Notes: generated by a model not told the origin, from the sequence alone. Counted from the first letter of the stretch, positions 18,353 to 28,985 are shown. The stretch: 64,000 bases of DNA from an uncultured Bacilli bacterium (GCA_947628895.1 CANRBS010000003.1:1325-65324); one strand, 5' to 3'. Made by a program: numbers and translations.

Positions 18353-19984
18353 TTACTCTCCTTTCAATAATACAGCATGTACAACTAATCTTTTATTATT
18401 ATTACCAGTACATGTAGATAATGTTAATATTTTATCATCAGCTGTTACTTTAGTATCAAATTTATAATTACTTCTTGATTTTATTAATTTAATAAAATCT
18501 TCTTTTTCTTTTTTAGAATCAAATTTAACTTTTAAATAATCAGTCGTATAATCAACTTTATATACAGAAAATATTTTAAATTTATAATTATTATTCTCTG
18601 TATCTAAAGATATTATTAAATTATCTTTTTCTTTTCTCCATGTAGAATTTAATACTTTTTTAAGTGTTCCAAACATAGTACCATTTAACATACTATGACC
18701 ATATATAATATTATTATCATTTAATGTTTTTGCATCATTTCTATAATCTAAATAAATCCATCCCATACTATTTTTATTCTTATAAAAATCATGTTTTAAA
18801 TAATAATTATTATCATTATGTTGAACTACAGGATAAGAAATATTAGTGTTATTAACAATTAAATATCCAATAGTTTCCTTATTAATTTTTTTAAGTGATT
18901 TAAGTGAATTTTCAAAAGTATATTTTGATTTAATTTCTTCTTTTGGAATTTCTTCTTCCATTAAAACATCTCTATCTTCAAGTTCTAAATCTTCTGTTAC
19001 TACTGGTATATTATTACTTTCATCTTGTGTATTTGAAGATGCATAAGATTCATTAATTAATGTATTATTTAAACTATCTATACTAATTTTTTCTATATAA
19101 TCATATGCTTTTACAATTAATAAACAAACTACACATACATAAATACATAAAACAGAAACAAGTTTTAAATTATTTAATGTTAATTGCTTAAATAAATTAT
19201 TTTTTAAAAATGAATTAGCATATATTATTCTAAACTCACAAGTATAATCTTCCTTACATTTATCACTTAATTCTTTTAACCAATCAAAATTATTTACAAT
19301 AAAGTTACCTTTATCATATCCTTGATGAAGAAAAACAATAACATTTCTAGACTCATCATTTTTTACAAGATTAACTACAGATTCTATTAAATCTTTAGAA
19401 TATACATATATATGTATTGCTTTTAAATTATAATTAATTTTTAAAAACTCTTCTAAATCTTTTATTAATCCAAGATACTCTTTAGTTATTTTAATAACTT
19501 TTTTATAATATAAAGTATCTATTTCAAATAAATCTTGTTGACTTAAAAAATCAAAAGATATTTCATTTTGCATTGTTTTAAATACATTTATTTTTTTATC
19601 TTCAAATTTATTTAATATACTACTTGGCATATAATAACAATATATATTTTTAATATTAGTAGATAAAAATAAATTATAATCACTTATACTTATTGATGAA
19701 TTAAATTCTAATATAACATTTTCTATATTTAAATCATTTATATATGGAATTATATATTTAAATGTCATTAATCTTACAATTTTGATATTATTTATATCAT
19801 TATTTATATTTTTAATAGTCTCTAATATATTTTTATAATTCTTTTTATATTTATTTAATGTATAATAAAGAGAATCTTTATACAAACTATTTTTATTTAT
19901 AAAAACACTTTCATCATCATTAATAGTTCTATAATTAAAGATTAATGTATTATTTAATATAGTTAATACAATATATTCCTTCAT
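18353..19984 (-). CDS. srtB: Class B sortase fused to an unknown ~290-aa N-terminal domain via one TM helix
   Basis: 543 aa. The C-terminal ~190 aa read ...IGYLIVNNTNISYPVVQHNDNNYYLKHDF...IIYGHSMLNGTMFG...ILTLSTCTGNNNKRLVVHAVL (His, TLSTC Cys and Arg of sortase B). TM helix LVSVLCIYVCVVCLLIV. The N-terminal domain has no motif I recognise. Confidence 0.8.
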   Translation of the reverse strand: MKEYIVLTILNNTLIFNYRTINDDESVFINKNSLYKDSLYYTLNKYKKNYKNILETIKNINNDINNIKIVRLMTFKYIIPYINDLNIENVILEFNSSISISDYNLFLSTNIKNIYCYYMPSSILNKFEDKKINVFKTMQNEISFDFLSQQDLFEIDTLYYKKVIKITKEYLGLIKDLEEFLKINYNLKAIHIYVYSKDLIESVVNLVKNDESRNVIVFLHQGYDKGNFIVNNFDWLKELSDKCKEDYTCEFRIIYANSFLKNNLFKQLTLNNLKLVSVLCIYVCVVCLLIVKAYDYIEKISIDSLNNTLINESYASSNTQDESNNIPVVTEDLELEDRDVLMEEEIPKEEIKSKYTFENSLKSLKKINKETIGYLIVNNTNISYPVVQHNDNNYYLKHDFYKNKNSMGWIYLDYRNDAKTLNDNNIIYGHSMLNGTMFGTLKKVLNSTWRKEKDNLIISLDTENNNYKFKIFSVYKVDYTTDYLKVKFDSKKEKEDFIKLIKSRSNYKFDTKVTADDKILTLSTCTGNNNKRLVVHAVLLKGE

Positions 19985-20041
19985 TTTCTCTCCTTATTAT
20001 ATATTAATGATATCACATTTTTAATTAAAAAAAAATATGAA

Positions 20042-20551
20042 TTATTCAATTTCATATTTACTTATCATATTGTCTAATACTTTATAATTAATTAGTTTTA
20101 ACTCACTACTTACAGCTTCAACAGCTTGTCCATTTTTAATATATATTATTAATGGAGCATTAACTATTTCATAACTTACATTTGGAAATTTATTTTGAAG
20201 AATATCAATATATTTATCTTTTACATCATTTACATTCCAATATATTATTTTATCTGTTAAATTTTTCTTTTTTATTTCTTTATATAATCTTTTTTCCATT
20301 TTATAAATACTATTTGAATTAGTATAACTAACATATAAAATAGCTTCATTTGTCTCACTTAAAGCATAATCAATATCACTATCATTTATTTCTTTTATAG
20401 TTTTATCCATAAAAACAGAATTATTTATTTTCTTTGATTTTACATTTAAATAAATACTTCTACAACTTAATGTTAATACAATTACTATAATAGAAACAAC
20501 TAATACAATATAATAATTATTACTATTAATTTTCTTAAATATTTTATTCAT
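20042..20551 (-). CDS. Membrane-anchored protein, possible thioredoxin-like fold without CXXC
   Basis: 169 aa. N-terminal TM. ...AILYVSYTNSNSIYKMEKRLYKEI...IIYWNVNDV...APLIIYIKNGQAVEAVSS follows the thioredoxin beta-alpha-beta layout, with SNSI where CXXC would be. By-eye call only. Confidence 0.35.
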   Translation of the reverse strand: MNKIFKKINSNNYYIVLVVSIIVIVLTLSCRSIYLNVKSKKINNSVFMDKTIKEINDSDIDYALSETNEAILYVSYTNSNSIYKMEKRLYKEIKKKNLTDKIIYWNVNDVKDKYIDILQNKFPNVSYEIVNAPLIIYIKNGQAVEAVSSELKLINYKVLDNMISKYEIE

Positions 20552-20611
20552 AATATATCCTTACCCTTCAATATAATATTATTTTATCACAATTTTAAAT
20601 ATTATTAAACT

Positions 20612-20662
20612 TTAATTAAAAAAGAAAGATTACTTTTATAATTATTTTTATAATCTTTCTTT
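20612..20662 (-). terminator. Rho-independent terminator after the 1335-aa gene
   Basis: AAAGAAAGATTA (20621-20632) pairs with TAATCTTTCTTT (20651-20662). On the minus strand the hairpin is followed by a T-run. Confidence 0.6.
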
Positions 20663-20667
20663 TTTAC

Positions 20668-23600
20668 TTATTTTTTTTCAGCAGTATATTTTGATATACC
20701 ATCAAACTTATTTTTTTGATCATTATTATTTACATATAATGAATTTCCACCTCTTATTTCTTCTAAGAAACTACTCTTACAATTAAAGAATTTATTATCT
20801 TTTTGAGTACATGTTCCGGAAATCTTTGTATCATTAAGATATCCTCCTTGACCTTCAACTTTCCTATTATATGATTTTATTTCTCTAATTGATTGTGGTG
20901 TTAAATCAAAACTGTACTCTAAATATAAATCTGAATTTATTTGTGATGATGATTTTTCTATTTCATTCTTTGCAATTTTTCCATATTCAGTTGCCCAGTT
21001 TGAATTTATCCTATCTCCATTTGGAAATAAATCTGATAATTTTACATTTCTATATTTTGTTATAGGATCTGTTATAGAATCTGAATTTCCTGATTGTGAT
21101 TCTTGTGGTAATACAGATGGTCTAGTTACATCTATATGACATGTAAGTTCTGTAAAATCTGTTGATGTTAAATATTTACTAAATGAATCTAATGATCTTC
21201 TTCTGTAATATGTCGTCATATTATTTATTGTTTGTGTTATATCACATCTTGCTACATTAGAATCTATTACTTTACATTTTCCACTATTATATGCATCTTT
21301 TGATGTTGGATATGAATATTTATCTAATGCAACTACATCTAAACTTCCTTCATCTGTTGATTTCTTTACTTCTCCTGTTAATGCTTCCATTTTAAATTCA
21401 CTATCATTATAGAAATCTATTTGTATTGATGTATAAAACATTGCATAATCATTAATTGGTATTTTTGTTATATATAAGTCATTTAATCTCTCTGTTAAAC
21501 CAGTAAGTGTCTTCTTTACTTCAATTGCATTTTTTACTGTAGCTGTAGTACTTTCATCTTTAAACTTATCATATGCATAATTATCATCTTGACTAGCTGA
21601 TACATCATATTCTAAACAATTATCTCCACTACAATAACTTATATCTGATAGATTACTTCTTATCTCTTTTTCTACTTTTATATCATCACTATTTGTTCCA
21701 ATAAATCTATTTTTATTATTTATGTATTGGGCTCCTCCTTCATATGTTATTGTATTTGTTATATCATTGTTAAGTCCATAATGATTTTCACTACTATATA
21801 AATTTTTCAAATATTTATTTAAATTTCCTGTTTTATTATCTTGTGGCTGTCTTATAATATTTTCTTTTATTACCACTTGTCCATTTTTCTCTTGTTCTGT
21901 ATTTTTTACAGCCTCTTCTGTATATAAATTACAGTTATATAAATCATATAATATTTGATTTATATTTTCATCTCTTGAATTTTCTTTTTGTGATTTTATA
22001 AATAATACTGTTAATAAATCTTGTATATTATTTATTGACTTTTCACCACTTGGAAAAGCATCTTCTAAGTCTTTGTCTGTTATTCCATATAATTTTTTCC
22101 AATCTATAGATTCTGGGAAATTCTTATTATAATATATTTCTGATACACATCTTCTTTTTTCTTCTATTATACTTGATATTTTATTATCTTTATTTTCAAG
22201 CACTCCTCCTGGTTTTATATCATATGTAAATGATCTTCCTGATGAAACTGTTAATTTATCTGCTATATAATAATTTACTTCATCTGCACAATATACTCTA
22301 CATAAATTTGTATTTACTTTAAAGTATTCACTATAATCATAATATGATTTATTTGTATCTGAATACATATTTACTATACATTTTAATGATGGATCTCTTA
22401 CATATCCTGTATACACTCCACCATCATTATCTTGACATTTTGGTGCTGAAGTTTTTATTGAATAATCTGTACAATTTCCTGTACAATTTAATGATACACT
22501 ATATTCTTCTGTTGGATAATAGTAACTATCATTTTTCTCCTCTTCTCCACTTACTTTATTATTTTCTGATGTTGTAAATGCAAACATTATCTGATTTCCA
22601 GTTGGATTTGAACATGATACATATTTTTTTACACTAGTACTTTGAGTTGGTCTTTTATAATTTACTGAAACTTGATATTCTTTATATTTATTTTTATTTT
22701 CTGATGTACATACTGCAAAATATTCTGTATCTATTATTATTTGTCCTTTACTAGCATCATATATTTTATCATTATCATTTACATCTATCTTTTCACATTT
22801 GTCTGTTACATCATTGTAAATACAAAAATTATCAACTTTTACAGTACAATATTGTAAAATATATGCTCTTTGTGTATCTGTTAAATCTTGGTATGTTCTC
22901 TTGTCTAATGGTAATTCTGCATCTTTTTTTACATCTTTACAATTATATTCTGTTTTTGTGGTATTTGTTACTGTTCTATCAAATGTTAATACTATATTAG
23001 TTTCTCCTTTAACAAATTCACCTTTATCATTTTGTTCTTCACTTGTTTCTACATCTACTTTATCTGGTCTAGTATTTACTTCATTTCCATATAAATATTC
23101 TAGATGTTCTTGCATATATCTATTTCCTAATACAGTGTTATAAAATAATGCTAATGCTTGTCTTAATGTTGTTGTACTTCCACACACCATATTTGTATAA
23201 TTACATGTTACTTCACTAAAATAATCATTTATATAATTTTGTGACACATCTAAATAGTTATCTGGTAAATTCTTTGCAGTTAAACTTTTTAAATAATTTT
23301 CAAATATATGGTTATATCCATTTTTATATACATTAGTAGAATCAAAGAATCCTGTATCTGCACATGATGAACCATTCCATTTTGCTCTAGAAACTCCAAT
23401 TTTATCATTTCCAAAACCAGCTTGTCCAGAGTGTGCCCCCCATATTCTCATAGCAAGTTCTATTGCTTTATCACTTATATTAGTGTTATTTTTTTTCTTA
23501 TGATAATCTGCTTCTATCATTATATTTGCATATCCACAGTCTACTGTACTATAACTTGTTTGACAATTTGTTACATCAAAATCATTATCAACTTTATAAT

Positions 23601-24675
23601 TATTTCCACCATCTAAATCAAATCCTTGATTTGGATTTACACAATATGCTGGAACATTACCTACTTGAAATGATGGAGTACATGCTTGAAATGTTTGTAA
23701 TTGCCTATTGCATTGATAAACTGGACACATTAATCTGTATCTTATTGACCGATTTCCAGTAGCAAAACCTATTGCATTTGGTTCTATCTTTGCTGCTGCA
23801 CTTTCACACAATCCCCAAAAATCTTCGTTTGTTTTTTCACCTTCTGTTGCTATTACTACTTCAAATGGATCAATAGTTTTAAGACAATTATTTAGAAGTA
23901 CATTTGAACCTAAGTGTAGAGTATAATCATCATTTTTGCATTTATAACACCTTTGATTGCTACTATTATATGTATAGCCAGTTGGACATTTATAACATTT
24001 ATCAGTATTTAACAACATTTCGCCATTAGGGCAAGAATAATTAGTTGCACTATGATAAGTACCTGAACAATATCCATTATAACCACCTGTACAAGAACCT
24101 TTTCTACCATTTTTACCTACATTCCAAGTACATCCATTCCTAGTACACTGAGTAATATTTGAATAATTACAACTTTTTGGATCATGCCAAGTACATGTAG
24201 ATTTGTTGTTGCATGTACTTTTAGAAAGACCACTACAATTTGACCAAATTTTATTTTCTGTAGCCTTTCTCATATAAGTTAAATTTGAAGATAGCATTTC
24301 GCCTTTAGCAACAACTACACAAAGGCCAAATGCTTCAACTTTTCTTTCATCACTTGAGCATCTTTGATAATAAGTTGTATATGTTCCTTTATTATCTGGT
24401 CTCCAATTAGTGGCTTGTAAAAGATCACTAAATGACTCTGCAACTTTATCATAATTTGGACCTTCATATACATTAGCAAAAGCTGGAGAACCATCTGCTG
24501 CTTTTGCTCTTGAAAATCCATTACAAACCTCTGTTTTAATATTAAATCCAGCAGGAGATGCTTGACTAGTTTCATTTATTTTTACATTGCAGTCATTAAT
24601 TCCTGCCTTGCTTATAGGAATAAATGAAAAAACAAGAGAAATTGTAAATAATAATTTTAAAAATTTCTTTTTCAT
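20668..24675 (-). CDS. Giant cysteine-rich secreted protein, unknown family (paralog B1)
   Basis: 1335 aa. Signal peptide MKKKFLKLLFTISLVFSFIPISKA, no C-terminal anchor. Many Cys, e.g. ...YSCPNGEMLLNTDKCYKCPTGYTYNSSNQRCYKCKNDDY.... Conserved blocks are shared with 25437-28985. The start lies 1 nt after the stop of the upstream 225-aa gene. Confidence 0.8.
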   Translation of the reverse strand: MKKKFLKLLFTISLVFSFIPISKAGINDCNVKINETSQASPAGFNIKTEVCNGFSRAKAADGSPAFANVYEGPNYDKVAESFSDLLQATNWRPDNKGTYTTYYQRCSSDERKVEAFGLCVVVAKGEMLSSNLTYMRKATENKIWSNCSGLSKSTCNNKSTCTWHDPKSCNYSNITQCTRNGCTWNVGKNGRKGSCTGGYNGYCSGTYHSATNYSCPNGEMLLNTDKCYKCPTGYTYNSSNQRCYKCKNDDYTLHLGSNVLLNNCLKTIDPFEVVIATEGEKTNEDFWGLCESAAAKIEPNAIGFATGNRSIRYRLMCPVYQCNRQLQTFQACTPSFQVGNVPAYCVNPNQGFDLDGGNNYKVDNDFDVTNCQTSYSTVDCGYANIMIEADYHKKKNNTNISDKAIELAMRIWGAHSGQAGFGNDKIGVSRAKWNGSSCADTGFFDSTNVYKNGYNHIFENYLKSLTAKNLPDNYLDVSQNYINDYFSEVTCNYTNMVCGSTTTLRQALALFYNTVLGNRYMQEHLEYLYGNEVNTRPDKVDVETSEEQNDKGEFVKGETNIVLTFDRTVTNTTKTEYNCKDVKKDAELPLDKRTYQDLTDTQRAYILQYCTVKVDNFCIYNDVTDKCEKIDVNDNDKIYDASKGQIIIDTEYFAVCTSENKNKYKEYQVSVNYKRPTQSTSVKKYVSCSNPTGNQIMFAFTTSENNKVSGEEEKNDSYYYPTEEYSVSLNCTGNCTDYSIKTSAPKCQDNDGGVYTGYVRDPSLKCIVNMYSDTNKSYYDYSEYFKVNTNLCRVYCADEVNYYIADKLTVSSGRSFTYDIKPGGVLENKDNKISSIIEEKRRCVSEIYYNKNFPESIDWKKLYGITDKDLEDAFPSGEKSINNIQDLLTVLFIKSQKENSRDENINQILYDLYNCNLYTEEAVKNTEQEKNGQVVIKENIIRQPQDNKTGNLNKYLKNLYSSENHYGLNNDITNTITYEGGAQYINNKNRFIGTNSDDIKVEKEIRSNLSDISYCSGDNCLEYDVSASQDDNYAYDKFKDESTTATVKNAIEVKKTLTGLTERLNDLYITKIPINDYAMFYTSIQIDFYNDSEFKMEALTGEVKKSTDEGSLDVVALDKYSYPTSKDAYNSGKCKVIDSNVARCDITQTINNMTTYYRRRSLDSFSKYLTSTDFTELTCHIDVTRPSVLPQESQSGNSDSITDPITKYRNVKLSDLFPNGDRINSNWATEYGKIAKNEIEKSSSQINSDLYLEYSFDLTPQSIREIKSYNRKVEGQGGYLNDTKISGTCTQKDNKFFNCKSSFLEEIRGGNSLYVNNNDQKNKFDGISKYTAEKK

Positions 24676-25419
24676 TTTATTTCTCTCTTTCTTTCTTTTT
24701 ATATTTCGTTATCTTTACTATATATATTATTGTTATTACTACTAATGGTACTAATACATATATTCCATATTCCATTGCTATTTTAAATATCTTACTTGCT
24801 GTTAATTCTTTCTCTTTTATTTGTCTATCATATTCTCCTAGTGTCTCTTTAAATTCACTCTCTTCCATATCCTTTGTTGCATTTGTATATGTTTTACATA
24901 ATTCATGATCTGGATATTCTTCACAATATTCTGTCTTTATATATCTATTAAATCTTGGCACTGTATATCTTAATGTCTTTAATAATTCATTTGGACATGC
25001 ACTATCTTCTTTTCCATATACTTCTATTGTATATGTCTCTTCTTCTAAATTTGTATAACATCCTACTCCATATATCCCTACACTATCATAATTCTTTCCT
25101 TCTGCCTTATTTCCACTTCCATCTGTTACTATTATCTTTACATCATCTCTTAATGGTGTTATTGATAAAAAATATGCATATGTTTCTTCTTCACTCATTT
25201 CTCCTGATGGATCTGTTGTCCTTGTATCTTCCTTAAATGTTGCACTTACTCCTACTGCCCATTCATTTAGTTCTTCATCATAACATAATGCTTTTACATT
25301 TATTACTAATAATGATGAAATTATTACTATAATTAATTTTACTAATTTTTTCATTATTTCACCTACTTTTACTCTAAATAAAATTATATCAAATAAAATA
25401 GAAAAAAGAAAGATTTTAT
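24643..25419. repeat. 777-bp direct repeat, copy 1 (5' end of B1, whole A1 gene, A1 upstream region)
   Basis: Aligned by eye to 28953-29729 at a constant offset of 4310 nt with no indels. I found about five mismatches. Confidence 0.9.
24677..25354 (-). CDS. Small secreted protein with C-terminal TM anchor (paralog A1 of the cassette)
   Basis: The track ORF (272 aa) is trimmed to the internal ATG at 25354. That start gives the 225-aa MKKLVKLIIVIISSLLVINVKA... form, which differs at only two residues from 28987-29664, and it has AGGTGA upstream. Five Cys, an E/K-rich segment, then C-terminal helix + KYKKKEREK. Confidence 0.75.
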   Translation of the reverse strand: MKKLVKLIIVIISSLLVINVKALCYDEELNEWAVGVSATFKEDTRTTDPSGEMSEEETYAYFLSITPLRDDVKIIVTDGSGNKAEGKNYDSVGIYGVGCYTNLEEETYTIEVYGKEDSACPNELLKTLRYTVPRFNRYIKTEYCEEYPDHELCKTYTNATKDMEESEFKETLGEYDRQIKEKELTASKIFKIAMEYGIYVLVPLVVITIIYIVKITKYKKKEREK

Positions 25420-25432
25420 AAAAATCTTTCTT
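25395..25432 (-). terminator. Rho-independent terminator after the 1182-aa gene
   Basis: AAGAAAGATTTT (25406-25417) pairs with AAAATCTTTCTT (25421-25432). The minus strand then reads TTTTCTATTTT. The duplication boundary (25419) falls in the loop. Confidence 0.65.
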
Positions 25433-25436
25433 AAAC

Positions 25437-28400
25437 TTATTTATTTTCTTTAGTATATTTTGAAATACCATCAAATTTATTATTAGGACTATCATTATCT
25501 ACATATAATGAATTACCACTACCTATATCTCTTAAGAATGAACTTTCACAATTAAAGTATTTATCATTTGTTAAAGTACAATTTGATAATGTATTATTTA
25601 AGTAACCACCGTTTTTTTCCATTCTAGAATTATAATTTTTAATTTCTCTAATAGATTCTGGTGTTAAATCAAAACTATACTCTAAATAATAATCATCATT
25701 AGTAATTCTACTTGAAGATTCAGCTATTTCATTTTTTGCTATAGTTCCATATTCAGTTGACCAATTTGTATTATCTCTTTCTCCATTTGGGAATAAATTT
25801 GATAAATCTACATCTCTATATATAGTCTTACTATTAGCTGACTGTTCTACTGTAACTTCAGGTATTTTTACATCTACAGAACAATTAAACTTTGTAAGAG
25901 TTGATTTAGTTAAAGCATTACTTAAGTCATCAGTTTTTCTATTTCTGTAAAAAGTACTTGCATTACTAAATGTTTGAGTAACACCACAACTTGCATAGTC
26001 TTTTGATGATTTGCTACATAAATTATATGCATTTTTAGATAATGGATATGAAAAACTATCTAGTTTAGCATAATTTTCATTATATGAACCTATAATCTTA
26101 TTTACTTTTCCACTATATTGTTCTATTTCAAATTCACTTGAATTATAGAAACCAATTTGTGTTGTTATAGTAAACATTGCATAATCATTAACAGGAATTT
26201 GTGTATCTAATATTTTCTTTAAATTCTTAATAGAAGTTGATTTACCATCAATTTCATATCCTGTTGATCCTAATTCAATATTACCAAAAGTATCATAAGT
26301 ATATTTTTCATTTTTACTATCATATGGCAAACATTCATAGCCAAATCCTGTACAATACTTAACATCTGATACTTGTGATTTAACTTCTTTCTTCATATCT
26401 ATATCATTGTTATTATTGCCTACTCTTGAAGATGAATTCATATATTCACTTCCACCTTCATATGAAACAGTATTTAGCCACATATCATCTAAATTTTTAG
26501 AATCTACTAAACCATAATTATTTTTACTATTAAATAAAGTATTTACATAATTATAAGAATCTCCGATAGTATTATCTTTAGGTCTTGTTATATTTCCATT
26601 AGTAAATGTTGATATGTCTTTGACAAAATTACAATTATATAAATCATATACTAATTGATTTAAATTTTCAGATCTATAACCTTCAGATTGAGACTTTTTA
26701 AATAATACAAAGAATAAATCTTTCCAATTTCTAATTTTAGGATCATCTTTAAGATATTTATTAATTTCTTCTTCTGTTATTCCATATATTCCTTCCCAAT
26801 CAGGATTATTTGGAAATTCATTATTATAGTATATTTCAGAGACACAATTTCTCTTTTCTTCAATAATACTACTAAACATTTTACCACTATCATTTAATAG
26901 ATTACCTGGTTTAATATCATATTTAAATTGTAAACCAGAAACAGCATCTATTTTTCCTGCTATATGATAGTTAACTTCATCACTACAATATACTCTACAT
27001 AAATTTGTATTTACTTTAAAGTAATTGCTATAATCATAATAATTTTTATTTGTATTTGAACCCATATTAATAATACAACTTAATGATGGATCTTTTACTG
27101 TACTAGTATAGTACTTATTGTATTCTTTTTGACTTTCACATTTACTTACATTTTCTCTTATTCCATAATTAGTACAAGCACCTGCACAATTAATAGATAT
27201 ATTAAATAGTTTATCATCTTTTTCATCTTTTGTTATACTTTCACCTGGTACTTCTTCAGTAACAGAAACTCCTTGAAATGAAAATAAGTATTGATTTTCT
27301 TCTGGTTCACTACAAGCAATATATTTTTCAACACTAGTCTGTGTTTTAGTTTTTAAATATTCAACTTCTAATTCATAATGAGTATATTTCTTTTGACCAT
27401 TAACTTTACAAGCAGCAAACTTTTCTATATCAAAATCTATTGTTCCTTTATATCCATCAAATTCTTTACTATCTTTATCTACATCAATAGGTATTCTATT
27501 TCCATCATTGTCATATACAAAGAAATTTAAAACTTCAATATTACAATATTTTAATATATTTTCTCTTAAAGGTTCATCTATATTAGGATATTTTCTTTTT
27601 TCTTTTGGTAAATCTTTATCTTTTTCTAAATCATTACAATTAAATGTTTCTTCAGTTTGAATATTAACATTTCTTTCAAATGATAATTCTAATCTTGATT
27701 TTTCTTCTACAGTTTCTACTATAGCATTTGTAGGTTCAGTATTAATATCATATCCTACAATACTATATAGATGTTCTTGCATATATTTATTTCCATTATA
27801 TGTATTAAAGAATAAAGCTATAGCTTCAGCATAATTTAGTAATTTACCACAAACCAAACTGTTTTGTGAATTTTTACATGTAACTTCATCAAAATAACTA
27901 TTAGCTTTGCTAGCATCTACATATTCTTCTTTACTTATTTTATCAAAGAAATATTTCCAAATATAATCATGTGTTATTTTATAAATATTAATTACATCAT
28001 CATCTGCAACAAAAGTTACATACTCACTACAAGAACCGCCTATTACATTAGCTACTCCAACTTTTTTATCATCAAATCCTGCTCCACCAGTATGAACACC
28101 CCATAATCTTAATGCAAGTTGTATTTGTTGCTCATCAATATTATGATATTTTCCCTCAATTAATATATTAGCATAACCACAATCTGCTCTATTAAAGCTT
28201 GATGCAAAACATTTATTAATATCAAAAGTTTTATCTAACATATAATTATTACCATTTGATAAAAATGGAGCAAATCCTTGACTAGGATTAACACAATAAG
28301 CTGGTTTTTCACCAGTTGTAAATGTTGGTGTACAAGTAGATACCTCTTCAGTTTTTGCATCACATCCATATAGTGGACAATTTAATGTATATGTTTCACT

Positions 28401-28985
28401 AGTACACTTAGTACAATTATTATCATTTTCTTGATTACATGTAGCTAAAGCATCAAAAGAAGAATCAATATTAGTAAAATCTTTTGACCAAGTAGTTGTT
28501 GTAGTATCAGATTCCCATTTTCTATTTTTATAACAATATCCATTACTTAGATAAGGATATCCAGTTGGACAACGGTGGTTTACCATAGGAGTGCCATCAC
28601 TATAATGCCAATATGGATCACCTTTTGTTTCAACTGTACAAGTTACATTAGCATCTATATGTGCATCAGGAACATCACATCTTTTGACTTGTACTGTTTC
28701 AATTGTTTTAGCATCAATTGATTCTCTAGTTTTATATACCCATTCATTTTGATAATCAAAAGCGGCTTTAACAGTATCAAAACTTTCTGTATCCCATCCT
28801 TTTGGCACAGCATTTTCCATATCACATATAGTAAGATTAGAACTCCAACTAGTATTCCATGTAGAAGGATCATTTTCAGTTATTCTAATAGTACACTCAT
28901 TTCCTGTTACATCAGCATTAGTAAGTGGAATAAATATAAAAGTAAATAAAACTGTAAATAATAATTTTAAAAATTTCTTCTTCAT
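25437..28985 (-). CDS. Giant cysteine-rich secreted protein, unknown family (paralog B2)
   Basis: 1182 aa. Signal peptide MKKKFLKLLFTVLFTFIFIPLTNA. Blocks shared with B1 include ...CTPTFTTGEKPAYCVNPSQGF..., ...DCGYANILIEGKYH..., ...ALRLWGVHTGGAGF..., ...FKVNTNLCRVYCSDEVNYHIA... and ...LEYSFDLTPESIREIKNYN.... Confidence 0.8.
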   Translation of the reverse strand: MKKKFLKLLFTVLFTFIFIPLTNADVTGNECTIRITENDPSTWNTSWSSNLTICDMENAVPKGWDTESFDTVKAAFDYQNEWVYKTRESIDAKTIETVQVKRCDVPDAHIDANVTCTVETKGDPYWHYSDGTPMVNHRCPTGYPYLSNGYCYKNRKWESDTTTTTWSKDFTNIDSSFDALATCNQENDNNCTKCTSETYTLNCPLYGCDAKTEEVSTCTPTFTTGEKPAYCVNPSQGFAPFLSNGNNYMLDKTFDINKCFASSFNRADCGYANILIEGKYHNIDEQQIQLALRLWGVHTGGAGFDDKKVGVANVIGGSCSEYVTFVADDDVINIYKITHDYIWKYFFDKISKEEYVDASKANSYFDEVTCKNSQNSLVCGKLLNYAEAIALFFNTYNGNKYMQEHLYSIVGYDINTEPTNAIVETVEEKSRLELSFERNVNIQTEETFNCNDLEKDKDLPKEKRKYPNIDEPLRENILKYCNIEVLNFFVYDNDGNRIPIDVDKDSKEFDGYKGTIDFDIEKFAACKVNGQKKYTHYELEVEYLKTKTQTSVEKYIACSEPEENQYLFSFQGVSVTEEVPGESITKDEKDDKLFNISINCAGACTNYGIRENVSKCESQKEYNKYYTSTVKDPSLSCIINMGSNTNKNYYDYSNYFKVNTNLCRVYCSDEVNYHIAGKIDAVSGLQFKYDIKPGNLLNDSGKMFSSIIEEKRNCVSEIYYNNEFPNNPDWEGIYGITEEEINKYLKDDPKIRNWKDLFFVLFKKSQSEGYRSENLNQLVYDLYNCNFVKDISTFTNGNITRPKDNTIGDSYNYVNTLFNSKNNYGLVDSKNLDDMWLNTVSYEGGSEYMNSSSRVGNNNNDIDMKKEVKSQVSDVKYCTGFGYECLPYDSKNEKYTYDTFGNIELGSTGYEIDGKSTSIKNLKKILDTQIPVNDYAMFTITTQIGFYNSSEFEIEQYSGKVNKIIGSYNENYAKLDSFSYPLSKNAYNLCSKSSKDYASCGVTQTFSNASTFYRNRKTDDLSNALTKSTLTKFNCSVDVKIPEVTVEQSANSKTIYRDVDLSNLFPNGERDNTNWSTEYGTIAKNEIAESSSRITNDDYYLEYSFDLTPESIREIKNYNSRMEKNGGYLNNTLSNCTLTNDKYFNCESSFLRDIGSGNSLYVDNDSPNNKFDGISKYTKENK

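Noticed and set aside
23560-23700. Thioester (TQXA/TED-type) adhesin domain in the giant Cys-rich proteins, suggested by PAYCVNP... and ...QIQLALRLW
   Set aside because: The candidate Gln is Glu in the B1 paralog (AIELAMRIW). The Q-to-W spacing differs from the TQxA(I/V)W motif. The Cys-Gln distance (~60 aa) is much shorter than I recall for known TEDs. I keep it only as something a structure prediction could revisit; the equivalent B2 site is near 28090-28310.
24677-25495. 272-aa version of the small cassette gene from the ORF track
   Set aside because: The extra 47 N-terminal codons run through the terminator hairpin and stop codon of the upstream 1182-aa gene. The internal ATG at 25354 has an AGGTGA RBS and gives the same 225-aa product length as the twin gene at 28987-29664.
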